Below are positions 27,036 to 41,320 of a DNA stretch of 64,000 bases, one piece after another (positions within the stretch are counted from its first letter, which is position 1; the number at the start of each line of letters is the position of its first letter). The stretch comes from Marsupella aquatica (Eukaryota > Plantae > Marchantiophyta). The notes under the pieces are model-generated. The model was not told where the DNA came from. It ran no database searches and saw nothing but the letters and a program-made list of their open reading frames with translations. The translations under genes and the position numbers were made by a program. The stretch is taken from positions 18,239,292 to 18,303,291 of the forward strand of contig OZ316898.1 of assembly GCA_973895155.1 (NCBI GenBank). The letters run 5' to 3'.

Positions 27036-28060
27036 GGTGAAGCCGACTAGTTATTATTTGTGTTCTCTTGGCAGATATGGATTGCAGGTAGGTGATCAAT
27101 GGGGCTCACTTGCACCCGACCTCCTAATCTTCACACCTAACAAGGTGTATATCAACCTTGTAGAACTCATGGCTAGCTAGAGTTAGGGGACCTTACTCCC
27201 AGCTATGGGGGCGATTGTGGGTTTTGGACATGTGTGGACATGAGTTCCACTTGTATTCCATTCTCTGGTGTTTGTGATGTGGCAGTGTGACTATGTTTGG
27301 ATGTATGTGACAAGCGATGTATGTTGTGTAGCGATGTGTATGCGCACGACATCGGAGAGCATCAAGAGCCCCTCGCTCCAAAGTGGCCACATGTGATTCG
27401 GCTTTCCCCAAATCCTCTAGGCAGGTGCCCAATGTAGTCACCAACAAGAGTATTTTAGCCTTGAGCTTTTCCGTCTTCTCGTTGTCTTGAAGAGCATCGA
27501 GAGCCCCCCATATATCATTGAAGATGGTACTTGGTGACAGGTCCTGTGCTGCTCCACTCCTTGATGACACCGGTGGCTGGTTGAAAATGTCATCCGCCTG
27601 ACCTTGCTCCTTGTAGACTCCCCCGAGTTCACTCTTCCTGCGTCGCTCCCTCCCCATTCTCCATCCGCTCTTGGCTGGGTGGAGATGGTCCTCGGTGCCT
27701 CTCCGGCGTCACTCTCTCCCTCTTCCGTGTACCCTGGTACGTGTATCTGAGTAGTTACGCCCCTCTTTTTGAGAGATACTCGGCCCTTCTTTGACTCGAG
27801 TTGCCTAATCCTGCTCCTGTACGTTCCGAATGGCCCCTGCATTAGACCTGGCATTCCCTTTGCCAGTGTGCATTTTTGGTTGCGGCGCTAAAGGAGTGAC
27901 TTTTGCTCCTTTTGGTGATTCCTTGGGTGAATTTGTATCATTGGCTGACAAGCAACCATTTTCTAACTATAATTACTTGGAGACTATTGATGTATTGGTT
28001 ACAGAGCATTCTCCAGTGTCTAGGAAAGGACAGGAGAAGATGAGGTATGCAGACATAATT

Positions 28061-28393
28061 GTGCTATCTAATGATGAAGAGATAGAGTGTGCACAAGTGT
28101 ATGTTGATGCAGGGAAAGGCTCGGGGGTTTCACTTCCACAAAAATGGCATATCACATGCGACAAAGGATAGGGTCATTTTATTGGTTCTAAGGGAAGACT
28201 TAAGAATTTTTGTAGAAAAACAATAGGGTCTTTTAAATTCAATTTTGAGACTTATAAGAACATTAGGGTCTTTTTAATCCAATTTTTAGAATATTCCGAG
28301 AATATTCCAACTTTATAGGGGTTACAAAATAATTTTTTTCCCTGCATCAACATACACTTGTGCACACTCTATCTCTTCATCATTAGATAGCAC
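28061..28393. repeat. Perfect 57-bp inverted repeat (28061-28117 / 28337-28393) with a 219-bp spacer
   Basis: GTGCTATCTAATGATGAAGAGATAGAGTGTGCACAAGTGTATGTTGATGCAGGGAAA and its exact reverse complement. Confidence 0.9.
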
Positions 28394-29740
28394 GTCCGAG
28401 GCCTAAAAACGTCGCAGGCGATGGGGAGGTCCCCATATAGTGAGACCCCTGAGAGGGAAAGGTAGGGCAACTCTGTTGAGGAAGAGTCTTGTCAAGGTCA
28501 AGATTGAGCCAAGATCCCCTTGAAGTCGATGCAATGAAGATGATTGATTGAAACTAAGTACCAAGTAATTAATACATCAATGGAGTATCTATCCTCTTTT
28601 ACTCAATGTTCATGATAGGGTATGTACCCGAGTATGTAGAGGAGAGTGAGAGAATAATACATATATATTCAATGTATAATTTTTGTGACTTGTGGAAAGG
28701 GAATGGGAAGTAAAGAAGAGAGGGGGGCAGGGAATTACTCTGCTTGGAGAACTATGTATACAGTTTGGGGTTCAATTCCCCACCAGAGTCCTTGGATTTA
28801 TTACCTTGATAAATATAAATAGACATCATATTCATAAGAACTGTGTATAATTTTCTGGCTTATTAAAAGTGTGTTCAATTTTTGGATTCATAAGAAGTGT
28901 GTTTAATTGTATACACATTCTTGACATTTGACAATTTTGCTAATTTCAACTATTGCCATAGAATTTTTGCACTTCACAGTCACTAGTTTACAGCTGCTGT
29001 CTTGGAATTTTTTTCCGACATTGCTTATTCTGGGGCAAAATGCAAACTTTAATGTTTTTAGTGGCAAAAAATAAATTAAGATAAACAAGAATTACATTTT
29101 GTACTAGAGGGGTCCGGAAATCACTCTAGAAGACAATTGTTTGAGAAGTGCCTTACTATAAAAGCTGATCAAGAATTTAATTTTCTCAGAAATAAATTGG
29201 AGGAAAGAACACAAACATGCATTCGCCATACAGCAATGTCGGAAAAAAATTCATCTGGTACCGTTTTTGGAGATACCTGCTATTCCCATGATCTCTTGCC
29301 CAAAAGCAACCTTTCTTTGGACACTAATTAATTATTATTGTGGAGGTCAGGGCAGAGGTTCTCACCTGAACCCCTACTCCATGAAAACTTAATTAAAAAA
29401 GGTTCGCAACTGCTGCCGGTTAGGTTTTCCTCACTTTCTGGTCACAAGGTTACAGGGTAGTAACCTAGACCAGACCGCCATTCTCACATTCATAACAAGT
29501 GGCACAATAAGCACTCATCTTGCCAGTACTCATATAACAAGTCATGTAAACACTGATTGTGGGAATGCTCTAAAATTAATAAGATGGCTTGTGTGCATAA
29601 AGGTGGCTGGTAGTCATCTCTCACATATATAATCTACACCATGAGATCTTTTGCAACTTTTGAGTTGACGTCAGATCAAGCAACAAGTATCCTAAAGAAG
29701 GACTAATTAGTCTCATTTTCTTCCCTGCCTTAGCCTATTA

Positions 29741-29995
29741 TAGGGGGTCTCAAACCTCACAATTTGATGGACCTACTTAGTAGTTAAGCTTATGGACAGA
29801 AAACTTTAACGATTAGGGACCACATTCATGATCCATAGGTTTTTTTCATAAAGATTGGTCATATGTCATGACCATAAGTCACTGTACAGGCTAGTGAAAA
29901 ATAAAACAATTTGCATAACCCTGTGAACAAGCTATGGCCATTTGTTTATGACAAAAAAACTATAGTCCATATCTAAGGTGCTTTGAGACACCCTA
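29741..29995. mobile_element. MITE with GGGCGTCTCAA-type TIRs (Tourist/PIF-like)
   Basis: TAGGGGGTCTCAAA ... TTTGAGACACCCTA; same TIR family as 33219-33785. Confidence 0.65.
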
Positions 29996-30070
29996 ATGTA
30001 GAGAACAAAACCATAAGCGGAGATGTTTACAAAGCCATGAAGAAATTGAAACATGCAACAGACTCAGTAA

Positions 30071-30230
30071 AGACTAACCTTGGCAGCACAAGTGAGACAA
30101 TCTCCACTCTCACCCAGAAAGATGTTCAACTTTAGGGTCTACAACATAAGATTCTGTCACTTCTTTGCAGCCGCTTGCTGCATTATCAAATGATTTAACA
30201 TCCTTCAATAATTGACTATGTTTGACCTGA
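30071..30230 (-). pseudogene. Inverted, decayed copy of RPL11 exon 2 with flanking intron
   Basis: Reverse complement reads CTGCAAAGAAG..CAGAATCTTATG...TGAACATCT...GGGTGAGAGTGGAGATTGTCTCACTTGTGCTGCCAAGGTTAGTCT, matching 34937-35052. Confidence 0.8.
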
Positions 30231-30664
30231 CCTTGACCTGAATTGCAACAAGTGAACTAACACCTGGTGGAGTTGTCCTGTTATAGGTTTGATGCTGCAT
30301 GTTCCATGAGGTTTCCACTGATTTATAGATATAAAAAAAAAACATTTCCTGTAAACATAAAAATGCCCCAAATCCTTTGAACAACAATGGAGTAATGAGG
30401 TAGCTCACTACATCCACCTACAAACAAGCATGGCATGGTTCAGTAACTAGTTTTCACAATGGAGTGAGCAACCTCACTGCCCCAAAATGGAACAGATTAG
30501 GGTTGTGGCATGAATCGACAACCCTAAATTAGTCATTTAAAAACATTTTTGTTCAGTGAACCTCTCAGTGCACTTATGAAGACTGCAACAAAGTGCAACT
30601 CACACCAATGTTGAGCTATAATTAAATTTTAGGGAAACAGCTCCTCCTTGCAATTATCCAGGTA

Positions 30665-32260
30665 CTAGGCCAATGCCCGTGCGTTGCACGAAAGACGTCG
30701 AGTGATAAAAATATGCCGAGGTGATAAAAAAGATGTCAAGTGATAAAAAAATGTCAAGTGATAAAAAGATGTTGAGGTGATAAAAAGATGTCGAGGTGAT
30801 AAAAAGATGTTGAAGTGATAAAAAGATGTCGAGTGATAAACGATGTTGAGTGATAAAAAGATGTCGAGTGATAAAAACATGTCGAGGTGATAAAAATATG
30901 TCAAGGTGAGAAAAAATGTAAAGGTGAGAATAATATCTGAAAGTGATCAAAAGATGTAAAGGTGGAGGAAGGGCGTCACTAAGGATAGGATAGTCCTGTG
31001 AAACAGTATTTGGAGAGGGCTCATTTTGTCATTGAACGCCGTTGGAAAAACATTCCCTATATCAATGGACACAATTTTCTCCCGCCAATTTCTGAATTTG
31101 TTCGTCATTTATGTTACATAATAGTGTCAAGCAAAATTTTAGACGATTCTCAGAACATATCATGCATAATTGTTGATAAGGGTATTGTTCTGCAACAAAG
31201 TTCTCAAGTAAAGGTAGTCTTGAGCATAACTGATTTGGTATGGAAGTGCTATCGGACAAAAGTGTTTTAATGGGGTAGAATGTTGAAATGAGAAAAATAT
31301 TTAAAGGGGAGAAAATCTGTGAAGGAGAACAAAAAGATATGAAGGGGAGCTCACATTTTAGGTGATATGACCTAAGAATCATCTCTCCCGATCTCGACTT
31401 CCCGGCTCCCGGCATCACTCCTGATCTCGACTTCCCGGCTCCTGGCATCACTCCCGATCTCGACTTCCCGGCCCTTCACGTCCCGGCCCGGCCATGACCT
31501 CCCGGCCCGAGCTGGGCCTTCCCTACAGTTCCCGGCATCACTCCTGGCACAGCCCGACCCGGCCCGGCCCGGCCTGGTGCGGCATCGAATCATCCCCGGC
31601 CTACCTCCCCGGCAAAATCCCCTCCCCGGCCCTACCTCCCCGGCAAAATCCCCTCCCCGGCCCCACCCCCATACCCGACCCCCCCAGCCTGGCCCGACCC
31701 GGCCCGGCCCGGCCCGGCCCGGCCCCCACCTCCTCCTCCCCACGACATGCTCCTGCATAGGGCCCCGGACCCCTTAATTGCTCTCGAGCCCTCCTGGCTC
31801 GCGCATAGGGCTTCGGGCCCTCCTTGCCCCTTCTCGCTCTTGAATGTCTCCTCCTCGCCCCTTCAGAATAGGGACTCGGGCCGAGTAATCAAGTTCCCCC
31901 AAAGGGAGGGAGCATTTAAAGCTCTCCCCCCTCCCGATGCCTCGCCTCCCCTCCTGGCTCGCGCATAGGGCTTTGGGCCCTCCTCGCCCTGACGCCCCTG
32001 CTCACACTTCCTAGGGCTCGTGAGGCATCAAAGTATGCCGCATGCCTTGTTTCATGGGCCATCATGCTGCGTGTGTCGTCGCTGCAGCAGGACCGGAGTC
32101 GAGTGGAGTGGAGAGGGTAGGGGATCGTGGATCGGACGGATACAACAAATCTGTCACCTATATCTAACGGTCAGTGTCGATTCCCGCCGAAATTGAAATT
32201 TGTAACGGGACGACGGACAAAATTGGCAAAATTGGCAGCATTGCCTAATATAGTGTTAGA
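30665..32260 (-). mobile_element. Non-autonomous Helitron (~1.6 kb) carrying an 18-20-bp minisatellite and GC-rich CCGGC repeats
   Basis: Minus strand 5' A|TCTAACACTATATTAGGC; 3' hairpin CGTGCAACGCACG then CTAG|T; inserted at an AT site without TSD. Confidence 0.78.
30700..30960. repeat. Minisatellite GTGATAAAAAGATGTCGA(G), about 13 copies
   Basis: Directly visible tandem units that decay towards the right. Confidence 0.9.
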
Positions 32261-32844
32261 TTGCACTTGTGCAAGGACCTTACACTCAACTTGAATATGA
32301 TATCCCCATATTCGAATGGTAGCTATACTAATGTAAAGTCTTAGAGTTGTAAGGTACAGCCTTGCAATCATCAGAGGAATTTAATTTGAGTTTACTGACT
32401 CAAAAATATGCTCGACTATTATAAGTTGGGGGTTCCAAACCCTAAAACATCACCCATTATATATGTTCCCTCTTAGAGGTCAAGTTTGGGGATGGATGGA
32501 TTGTTCCATATAATCTGTATTTGAATATAAAATACATCACTCGTAATGGTTTTTTCTAGTCTATCAAAATGATCAAGTACTTATGTAAGTATATCTATAT
32601 TGCATGATCGAGCACCAGTGGAGGTTGAGCAAATTGATGAACCAAGATGTATCTGCCCTGAAACGGTGTCGTGGGTTTATCAATTCAAGATGTCAAAGAG
32701 TAGTGTTTCAGTTTCAACTCCTTGTTTTGCTACCATTTGCCTATCTTATAGCAATAAGATGATGCAAACACATTGAGAAAATGATCATTAAAACAATACG
32801 AGTGCAATGACACCAAGACCAGAGTGACACCAAGACTGCAACAA

Positions 32845-33815
32845 CCGGGTTTGGACTTGCCCGGCAAATAGAGCTTTTTGAGGCCGTCAACTGGCAAGTC
32901 GGCACCAGGACCGTCCCGGTCTCCGTATCCCGGCCTGGCCCGGCCCGACCATGACCTCCCGGCCCGAACCGGCCCGAGCATCCCGGCGTAAATTGCCCGG
33001 CAAAATCCCCCGGTCCCGGCCCCGGCCCGAGTTCCCCCCTCCCCCCGGCCCGTCCGCCCGGTCCCAGCTCCGGCCCCATCCCCCATTCCCGGTCCGGGTG
33101 AGGGGCCGGGTGCAATTCTATGGTTAAGCCGGGGCCGGGAGGGGAAGAGCAGCAGGGTCTGGGAGGAGGCCGGGAAGAGTTCGGGCCGGGCCGGGGAATA
33201 AGTGCGAATATGCGTCATTAGGGGGTCTCAACCCTACACATTCTCGGGCTCCTTCCGGTCACCCGGATAGCTCCGACCTCCGCCCGACAATGAACACCGG
33301 GAACCAAATTCGGGTGCTCCATTAGGGCGTCTCAAACTTAGCGTTGCTGCTTCCAGTCGTGGTCAGAGACAGAATCCCGGGAAAAAAGTGGCGGACACGA
33401 AAATCCTTGTCCGCACACTGCTGAACCGTGACCGAAACTACTAGTTTCGGTCCTCTCTTTTTTCCCGCGACTCGAAGGATTGAGACGCCCTATATTAGGG
33501 CGTCTCAACCCTACACATTCTCGGGCTCCTTCCGGTCACCCGGATACCTCTGACCTCAGCCCGACAATGAACACCGGGAACCAAATTCGGGTACTCACAA
33601 GGCTCTTAACTTTGACTCAAACCAAAACTGCATCAGTCCGTAACAGACATAGTGTACGTCCGGGTGATTGAAAATCCCGGTGAGAAAGTTGCCGTTGCCA
33701 AATCGGTGGGCCGACCACCTGATGCGGGCGACCCGGATCAGGGACATACCGGGTGTCGAAAGAGGAGTATCTTTGAGACGCCCTATTAGAGGCTGTTTAG
33801 TCACTTCAAACCGGG
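32845..33815. mobile_element. hAT-like non-autonomous element containing nested MITEs
   Basis: Ends CCGGGTTTGGA ... TTCAAACCGGG; 8-bp flanks TGCAACAA/TGCAAGAA (7/8 match); the 5' part is homologous to 45241-45671. Confidence 0.72.
33219..33785. mobile_element. Cluster of three TAGGGCGTCTCAA-TIR MITE pieces (33219-33320 truncated, 33323-33492, 33496-33785)
   Basis: Repeated TAGGGCGTCTCAA / TTGAGACGCCCTA termini; 33219-33320 duplicates 33496-33597. Confidence 0.75.
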
Positions 33816-34046
33816 TGCAAGAACAATATGGTCTGAGACTTTTTACGTAGGGACCTTACACTCAGCTTGTAACTCATATTCAGGTGTCTACTTGTATCCC
33901 CAACGCGACTGGCGCCCTCTCTTGAGCCGCCGTTTAGCAACCTCACACCCTAAACTGGCGCGCACTCTTTAGGCCGCCGTAGCAAAGCTTTCGATCGGAG
34001 CTGCTCGTCAGGGATTTTGGGTTCTTGCTCGACGAAGCTTGCGAAA

Positions 34047-35824
<1,778 letters not shown>

Positions 35825-38599
35825 GAGACAATTTCAGTGAAATGAGTTATTCAGTATCCGCCAGTGGTTTTTTGTTGAAGGAAGACCATAGTAAAGCATT
35901 GTTTGAAAGACAGACTAGTCAGGCACAGAGTGATCCGGTTAGTACTCGGAGGGCTGGAGATGTCCGGTCAATCGTTGGCTTCTGTGCTATGAACGTTGCC
36001 GTTGAGTCTTTCTCTATCTGTCCAGGCTTCATTTTTGTAGAATAAGCTTTGAGAATCTCCTAATGGGCGCAAGTTCTTAAGAATTGTACGGACTTTTTCA
36101 AAAGCTTCCAGCTAGACCATAGCAACTGCATTGATTATGGAAATTCTGGTCTCACGAGTGAAGTCATCGGGTCAAGAGCGTCAGCGGGCCTATCGTGTAG
36201 AAGCGGTTCGTGATGTTGTTTACCTGCTTTCAAAATTCTAGTGCAAGGTCTAACGTTGAAGCTCGCATGTACGAGTTATCGAAAAGGTTTGCGAAGCTTA
36301 GTGTTAACGATTCTGGCTCCCTCAAACTGAACGTGGTGGTGAAAGGGTTGGATCATCGCAACTCTAGTGGATAGTGCAGGGGGTGTGTAGGTCACGTGAA
36401 ACTCGAGGTCAACCATGTGGAGCGAATGAACGATTTTGGTTCAAGACATCTCTGGGTAGAGAGTGTTGCATGTAGGCATATGAGAGGAAGGGCTGCAATT
36501 GAATTTGGCTGATGGACATCTATCAGGACGTTGTTTGCTTTTCCCAAGAGATTCCTTGTGTCCTACTCCAAACACTTGCTGTGGATACTGCTGTGAAGCT
36601 TTATGTTTGAGAGGAAAACTAGGCAATTGTTCCCTTTCCACGTGAGAAATTCATTGTTACCTGCTCCAAAACCTCACAGCATTACATTTGTTGAGCTTTC
36701 TGAGTATAGGGCAACTGAATCGGCGGACTGGGGACCATGCGGGAAAATTAACAAGCAGGATTTCGAAGTTACTAGAACAACCATGTACTCATTAGTATCT
36801 CCATTTATCAAAACTTCATGGAGATGGAACGTAAGTAGATTAGCAAATTGTAATGTCTAAATCTAAAACGAAACCAGATTCTACGTCTACCAACTATCTA
36901 TCTGAATTGCAGCGTAATATTTGCCTCTTGGAAACAAGTCATATCATCCATTATCACTGCAACATTCTCGAGATGATCCGTCTGACGTAAATCTCAACTC
37001 AATGTTCTGTACAGCGCTTCATTGAATGTGAATGTCAATAAGTGCTCAAAATACTACCCGCGTCACCATGACGTAAAGTCAAGAAGTGGTTACCAGTTTT
37101 AGAATACTAGCAGCCTAAATATGTCGTCCAGATATCTCCTACAGTTAAGGGAGTGATAATATCAGTGTTCACAGAGTGTTCCTTGTGTGAGATTGAAACT
37201 AACCTTACACGCTCAACAGTTGCTAATAGCTGACCCTGAAGGAGTTCAACCAAAGTACCAATCACGTAGGAACATGCCCATATTAAACGATTCGACACAG
37301 CAAGAAAGACAATAGTCAGGTTAAAAGAAAATGTGAAACAAAAATGACATCCATAAGGAGAAACGAAGCAACTATGCCAACACAAGTGCTGGAAACTTTA
37401 ACTTTTCTATGGCAGGATCATCTCGGATCACCACATGACATCTACGTCCATATACTGAAGCAACCATGGCCAAACTAATGCCTGTGCTGCCAGCACTACC
37501 CTCAGTTACCAGTCCGTGGGCAATGAGGCAAACATAAATCCAACTCTCTTGAAAGTAGTGTTCTTGTCCAGTCAGTCAAATAATCTACAATTGAAACCTC
37601 GGTTTCTACAATACACACAATTCATCGACCCAAATTTTCGTAAAAGTTATCTCAAGATCAGCAAATGATATGCAATCTCTACCGTGTTTTAGTTGAACAG
37701 CTAATAAGAAGGACGGGCCCTTGTCGAATTCAAGAGACATATTCTGGCCAACAAAAACCAATCTCTTCACTTCACGTTTGAGCCTAATACAGAAGAAGAT
37801 TGCACCTTCAAGGTTTTGTTACTCTGAGTGACAGACCTCCTCAATGATTCTCACTGCCACCCGATCCTCCAGGATTCAAGAACTCTGCCTTCCCGAGTAT
37901 CTGTAGCCAAACAGACTTAAGTAACCTCTGGGATAGAGATTTTCAAGATGGCTTAAATTCTACACCACAGGTGCATAACACTCATCACCTAAGGGTTATT
38001 CTTAGATACAGTGCTTACTTAAGAAGCAGAATCTCGCCGCAGCAAGTTATTATATTTGGTCAGAACTGCGTTACAGTAACCCAATTACGTTCCTCTGGAA
38101 CAAAGGAAGAATTAGGCGACTCCGTAAGACATGCAAGGGAGGAACCTTGAAAGCATACTTGATGTTTAGATATGACAGAGTAACCAAATTTGCTCCAACC
38201 GAGAGGTCAAAACTTTAAGGCGGTAATCGCACCAGCAGAGAAAACAACCATCTCAGTAGGAGACGAAGAAGATTTGGGTGCTTGAGAAGAAAACGGCGGA
38301 ATGTGCTTGCTGGGGCTGAAGTTTAGAGTACAGAGTGATACCAGGAGAATCATCGGAGGCAGGTTTTGTTGAGGCGTTGCTCTCGGCCAAGAAGAGCGGA
38401 GCAGAGCAGGGCAGGGGTTGGGTTGCGACTGTGTTACCATTTCGTTTCAGCTGTTGTTATTGTTGCTGGAGATGGCCGTGGTTTCCCCTACGATATTCGG
38501 TGCTGTTGTCGGATCCGTTGCTGCGCGGCCGACGGCTGCAACCCAGGTGTGGATCTCGGATCGGGGGCCATAGTGAGCACTCTTAGAGATGGTACGAAC

Positions 38600-39925
38600 G
38601 GTGCTGTCCCAGTGAAGTGCTGATGATGCACAGTGGGAGGGCCGGCAGCTTCTTCGATCTGGGGCTGTGCGTGGGACAGAGCTGCAAACAGAGTTTGATG
38701 AAGATGAGAATCGTTATGCTTCTAGTACATATGTTGTTGTCCTCTTCCTTTCTGATATTTGATTTGCCATGCAAGGGAAGCAATACGGCAAGTTCAAGTT
38801 CTCAGACAATCTAGAGCTCCCTTGTTGTGGGGATTGTGCTATTATAGACACGAGACCATCATTTCTGGAAGGTACGCGAAGGTACGCGAAGCAAGCTGAG
38901 CGCGTTCTACCCGTCAAAGACCCCACAAAAACAGGGCCGTCATTGCAAGGAAGGGACCAGCTCTTCTGCGAGAAGTACGAGAGAAACACAGTCAGAATAA
39001 GTCCCGGCAGCGATTCTGGGAGCTTGCTGGTTCCAAACTTGGCAATCTTCTTGGTGATGAAAATATTAAAGAACAGGTATTTGAATTTAGAGTTTTGTTT
39101 AAACTTGGACTAGGTGTGTCTGTTAGTCAGAAAGTGGGCTGTGATTGCGCATCCTATGATACTTCGAGAATTTTAGATACCTTGTCTACTTATATTGTTG
39201 AGCCGTTGTATAATTCACCTTACAAGTCATACTGAATGCAATTGTAACAGATTGATGCCGAAATACAAGATGTTGGGGCAGAAAGCGTGGTACACTTCAA
39301 GGAAAATGCTAAGTTTGGAACCCACATGAAAGAGAAGCGAGAAGTAGCAAGTGATTTTTCAAAGTCAAAAACATTGAAAGAGCAACTGCAATATCTCCCC
39401 ATGTTCTCAGTGCGAGATGCACTACTCCAAGTAAACATTCTACCTCTCTCTGGTCATTATGAAGTTGATTTTCACTGTCAATACAAACAGGATAGTTCCT
39501 GGGAGAACCTTGAAAGTGGTGGAGCTTCAATTCGACAATTTAAGTCCGTCCTCAATAAGGCACAGTTCCAACTTTTTCTGTTGATAACCCAGACATTCTG
39601 GATGAGCCTGCCTAGTGTCTGGAGAGTCTGATGACTGGACGGCATATGGAATTACCCAACAGTGTGCAGGACTTAAGGACACAAGTCTCTTTAAGCAGCG
39701 CTCACTGACTTCTAACTGACATTGCATTAGTTCTCCTGGAATCGATATCTTGTCATTATTACCCCTTGAACTGCACAATGTGATGTGAATTATGTTGTAG
39801 GTTACTATCTAATAAGGCCGACTTCTCCTTTCCTGTCCTATGTCTGTGGACACTGCAGATTGTGCGAGAGAATCAGGTTATAATGGTTGTTGGCGAGACT
39901 GGGTCAGGAAGACAACGCAATGAAG
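38600..39925 (+). pseudogene. PRP16: Fragment of a PRP16-type DEAH-box splicing helicase, frameshifted and truncated
   Basis: Pieces in different frames: AQWEGRQLLRSGAVRGTELQTEFD, DTRPSFLEG..KQAERVLPVKDPT, NKSRQRFWELAGSKLGNLLG, KTLKEQLQYLPMFSVRDALLQ|IVRENQVIMVVGETGSG. Breaks at the Walker A motif. Confidence 0.85.
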
Positions 39926-41320
39926 CTGGTGTTTAAATTTTCTAGGTGATAGTTCGCGGAAATTGTTTTGCTGATGGACCGGCGGCGGAGAATTAGGCGA
40001 CTGATCAACTGCCAAGACAGGCGAGGGGGCTGGCTGGCTGGTAAGTAAAAATGCAACAATGAGAATGAGAAAACCAATAATTTGTCGAGCCCTCCCCAGG
40101 GCGGAGCTTTGCCTGCTGAGCCAGGAGGATCGATATCACTGTGCGCATCGTTACGATCTGTGGCATACGAGAGAACCGTAGATTCATCGGAAAAATAGCG
40201 AGAATGGAACTCGATATGGCAGATGTGTTGTTGAATGGTTTCCCCGTTGATTACAAGCTAGTTTCCATCAGATGTACATACGTTTTGTATACTCATTTTC
40301 AATTCCAGTTTCGTCTCTGTCTGTCCTCCATGCTTGCGTGATTGAGTCCGTCCCCCATTTCCGCATCGACGTGGAGATGTTGAGCAGCTTCTTCCTGGTT
40401 GTCAAATAGACTTTGGAGGTTGACGAATGAAACTCAAAATTGTTGCTAAATGTGACCAAGAAAGGGCCATTGTTAATTGTTACATTTCATCGCTGACCTT
40501 AACAGTATTTTTGTCCTATGTATTCGAGACCGCCTCAGAGATGATCAATTCCTTGTGAACGAGAAGATATCTGATTGATACCAGAATATTCTTGTTGAAG
40601 TTTCAGGGACATTCAATACGTCTTGAATGCGAAGATATCTGAGAGCACATTGATTCCTGTCGAACGTCTTCAATTCACGGCGAAATAGCCAGGATGTCGA
40701 TTTCGAGTCACCGTTATGTGAAACTTGGTTGGGGATATATTCTCCTCCTTTTGTGCATCTGGTGCAGCAAGAAAGAACTGTCAATTGTTTGATGCCAGAC
40801 ATTTGACCGGACATTGATGTTAAACACATCACCTGCCGCTTTCGACGATTACAAATTCTGATTTCTTAATGACCCAGGCAATAGATTCGTCTGCGCGTTC
40901 CATTTGAGCTCAAGGACGGAAAATCTACATGATACCGAAAAAATCTCTCAATGAAGCTCTTCGGCTCGATGGATTGACTTCCATCCCTGTCTGCTATGCA
41001 TGATAAGAAACTCTTTCTGAGTTATCAATTTAGGGCCAATAAGTATGTTTCAAGTTCTCTTAATTTTGTGTGCATTCCAAAGAAATTTGGGATGCCGCTC
41101 TTTTAAGCTCATTCGATCGATGGATTGAGTACGGTTCCGTTTTGCGCGTGTTGAACAATTACAGCATATTTTTCTTGTCAATCAACAATTTCGGACTGGA
41201 ATTGTTGAGATACGATACAACTGTTGACATTGTTTTCCCTCGATAATTTCTTCATTTGAGGACAACTTGGAAATCCATTTCAAGCCTGTTCAGTTCTGAG
41301 TCCTCACATCTTCTGTGCAG

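Larger units (their letters stand above)
18659..27351 (+). mobile_element. Degenerate Ty3/gypsy-type retrotransposon encoding a DNA cytosine methyltransferase and a PHD finger
   Basis: Termini TGTC...GACA with 4-bp flanks CCGG/TCGG. Gag has two CCHC knuckles (~21270-21400). PR LLDTGA (22314), DNMT (~22780-23750), RT YIDD (~24615), RNase H LHTDWS..EGE, integrase TDQG..GLAERVV, PHD at ~26900-27035. Many stops and frameshifts. Confidence 0.9.
18271..27657 (-). pseudogene. Coiled-coil repeat protein gene split by the gypsy insertion (pieces 27657-27352 and 18658-18271)
   Basis: The unit EKT..L.A.I.L..TTLG.C.EDLGKAES.VATLE occurs on both sides. Removing the element and one TSD copy restores the frame (GALDALR-SHTEKT). 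Ends with CDRLLC..FPCPLC. Confidence 0.7.

Noticed and set aside
30700-30960. Regular short repeats resembling a CRISPR array
   Set aside because: Head-to-tail minisatellite with no unique spacers, inside a Helitron in eukaryotic DNA.
31062-33218. Gly/Pro/Arg-rich ORFs on both strands (also 45098-45727)
   Set aside because: By-products of GC-rich transposon repeats that lack stop codons.
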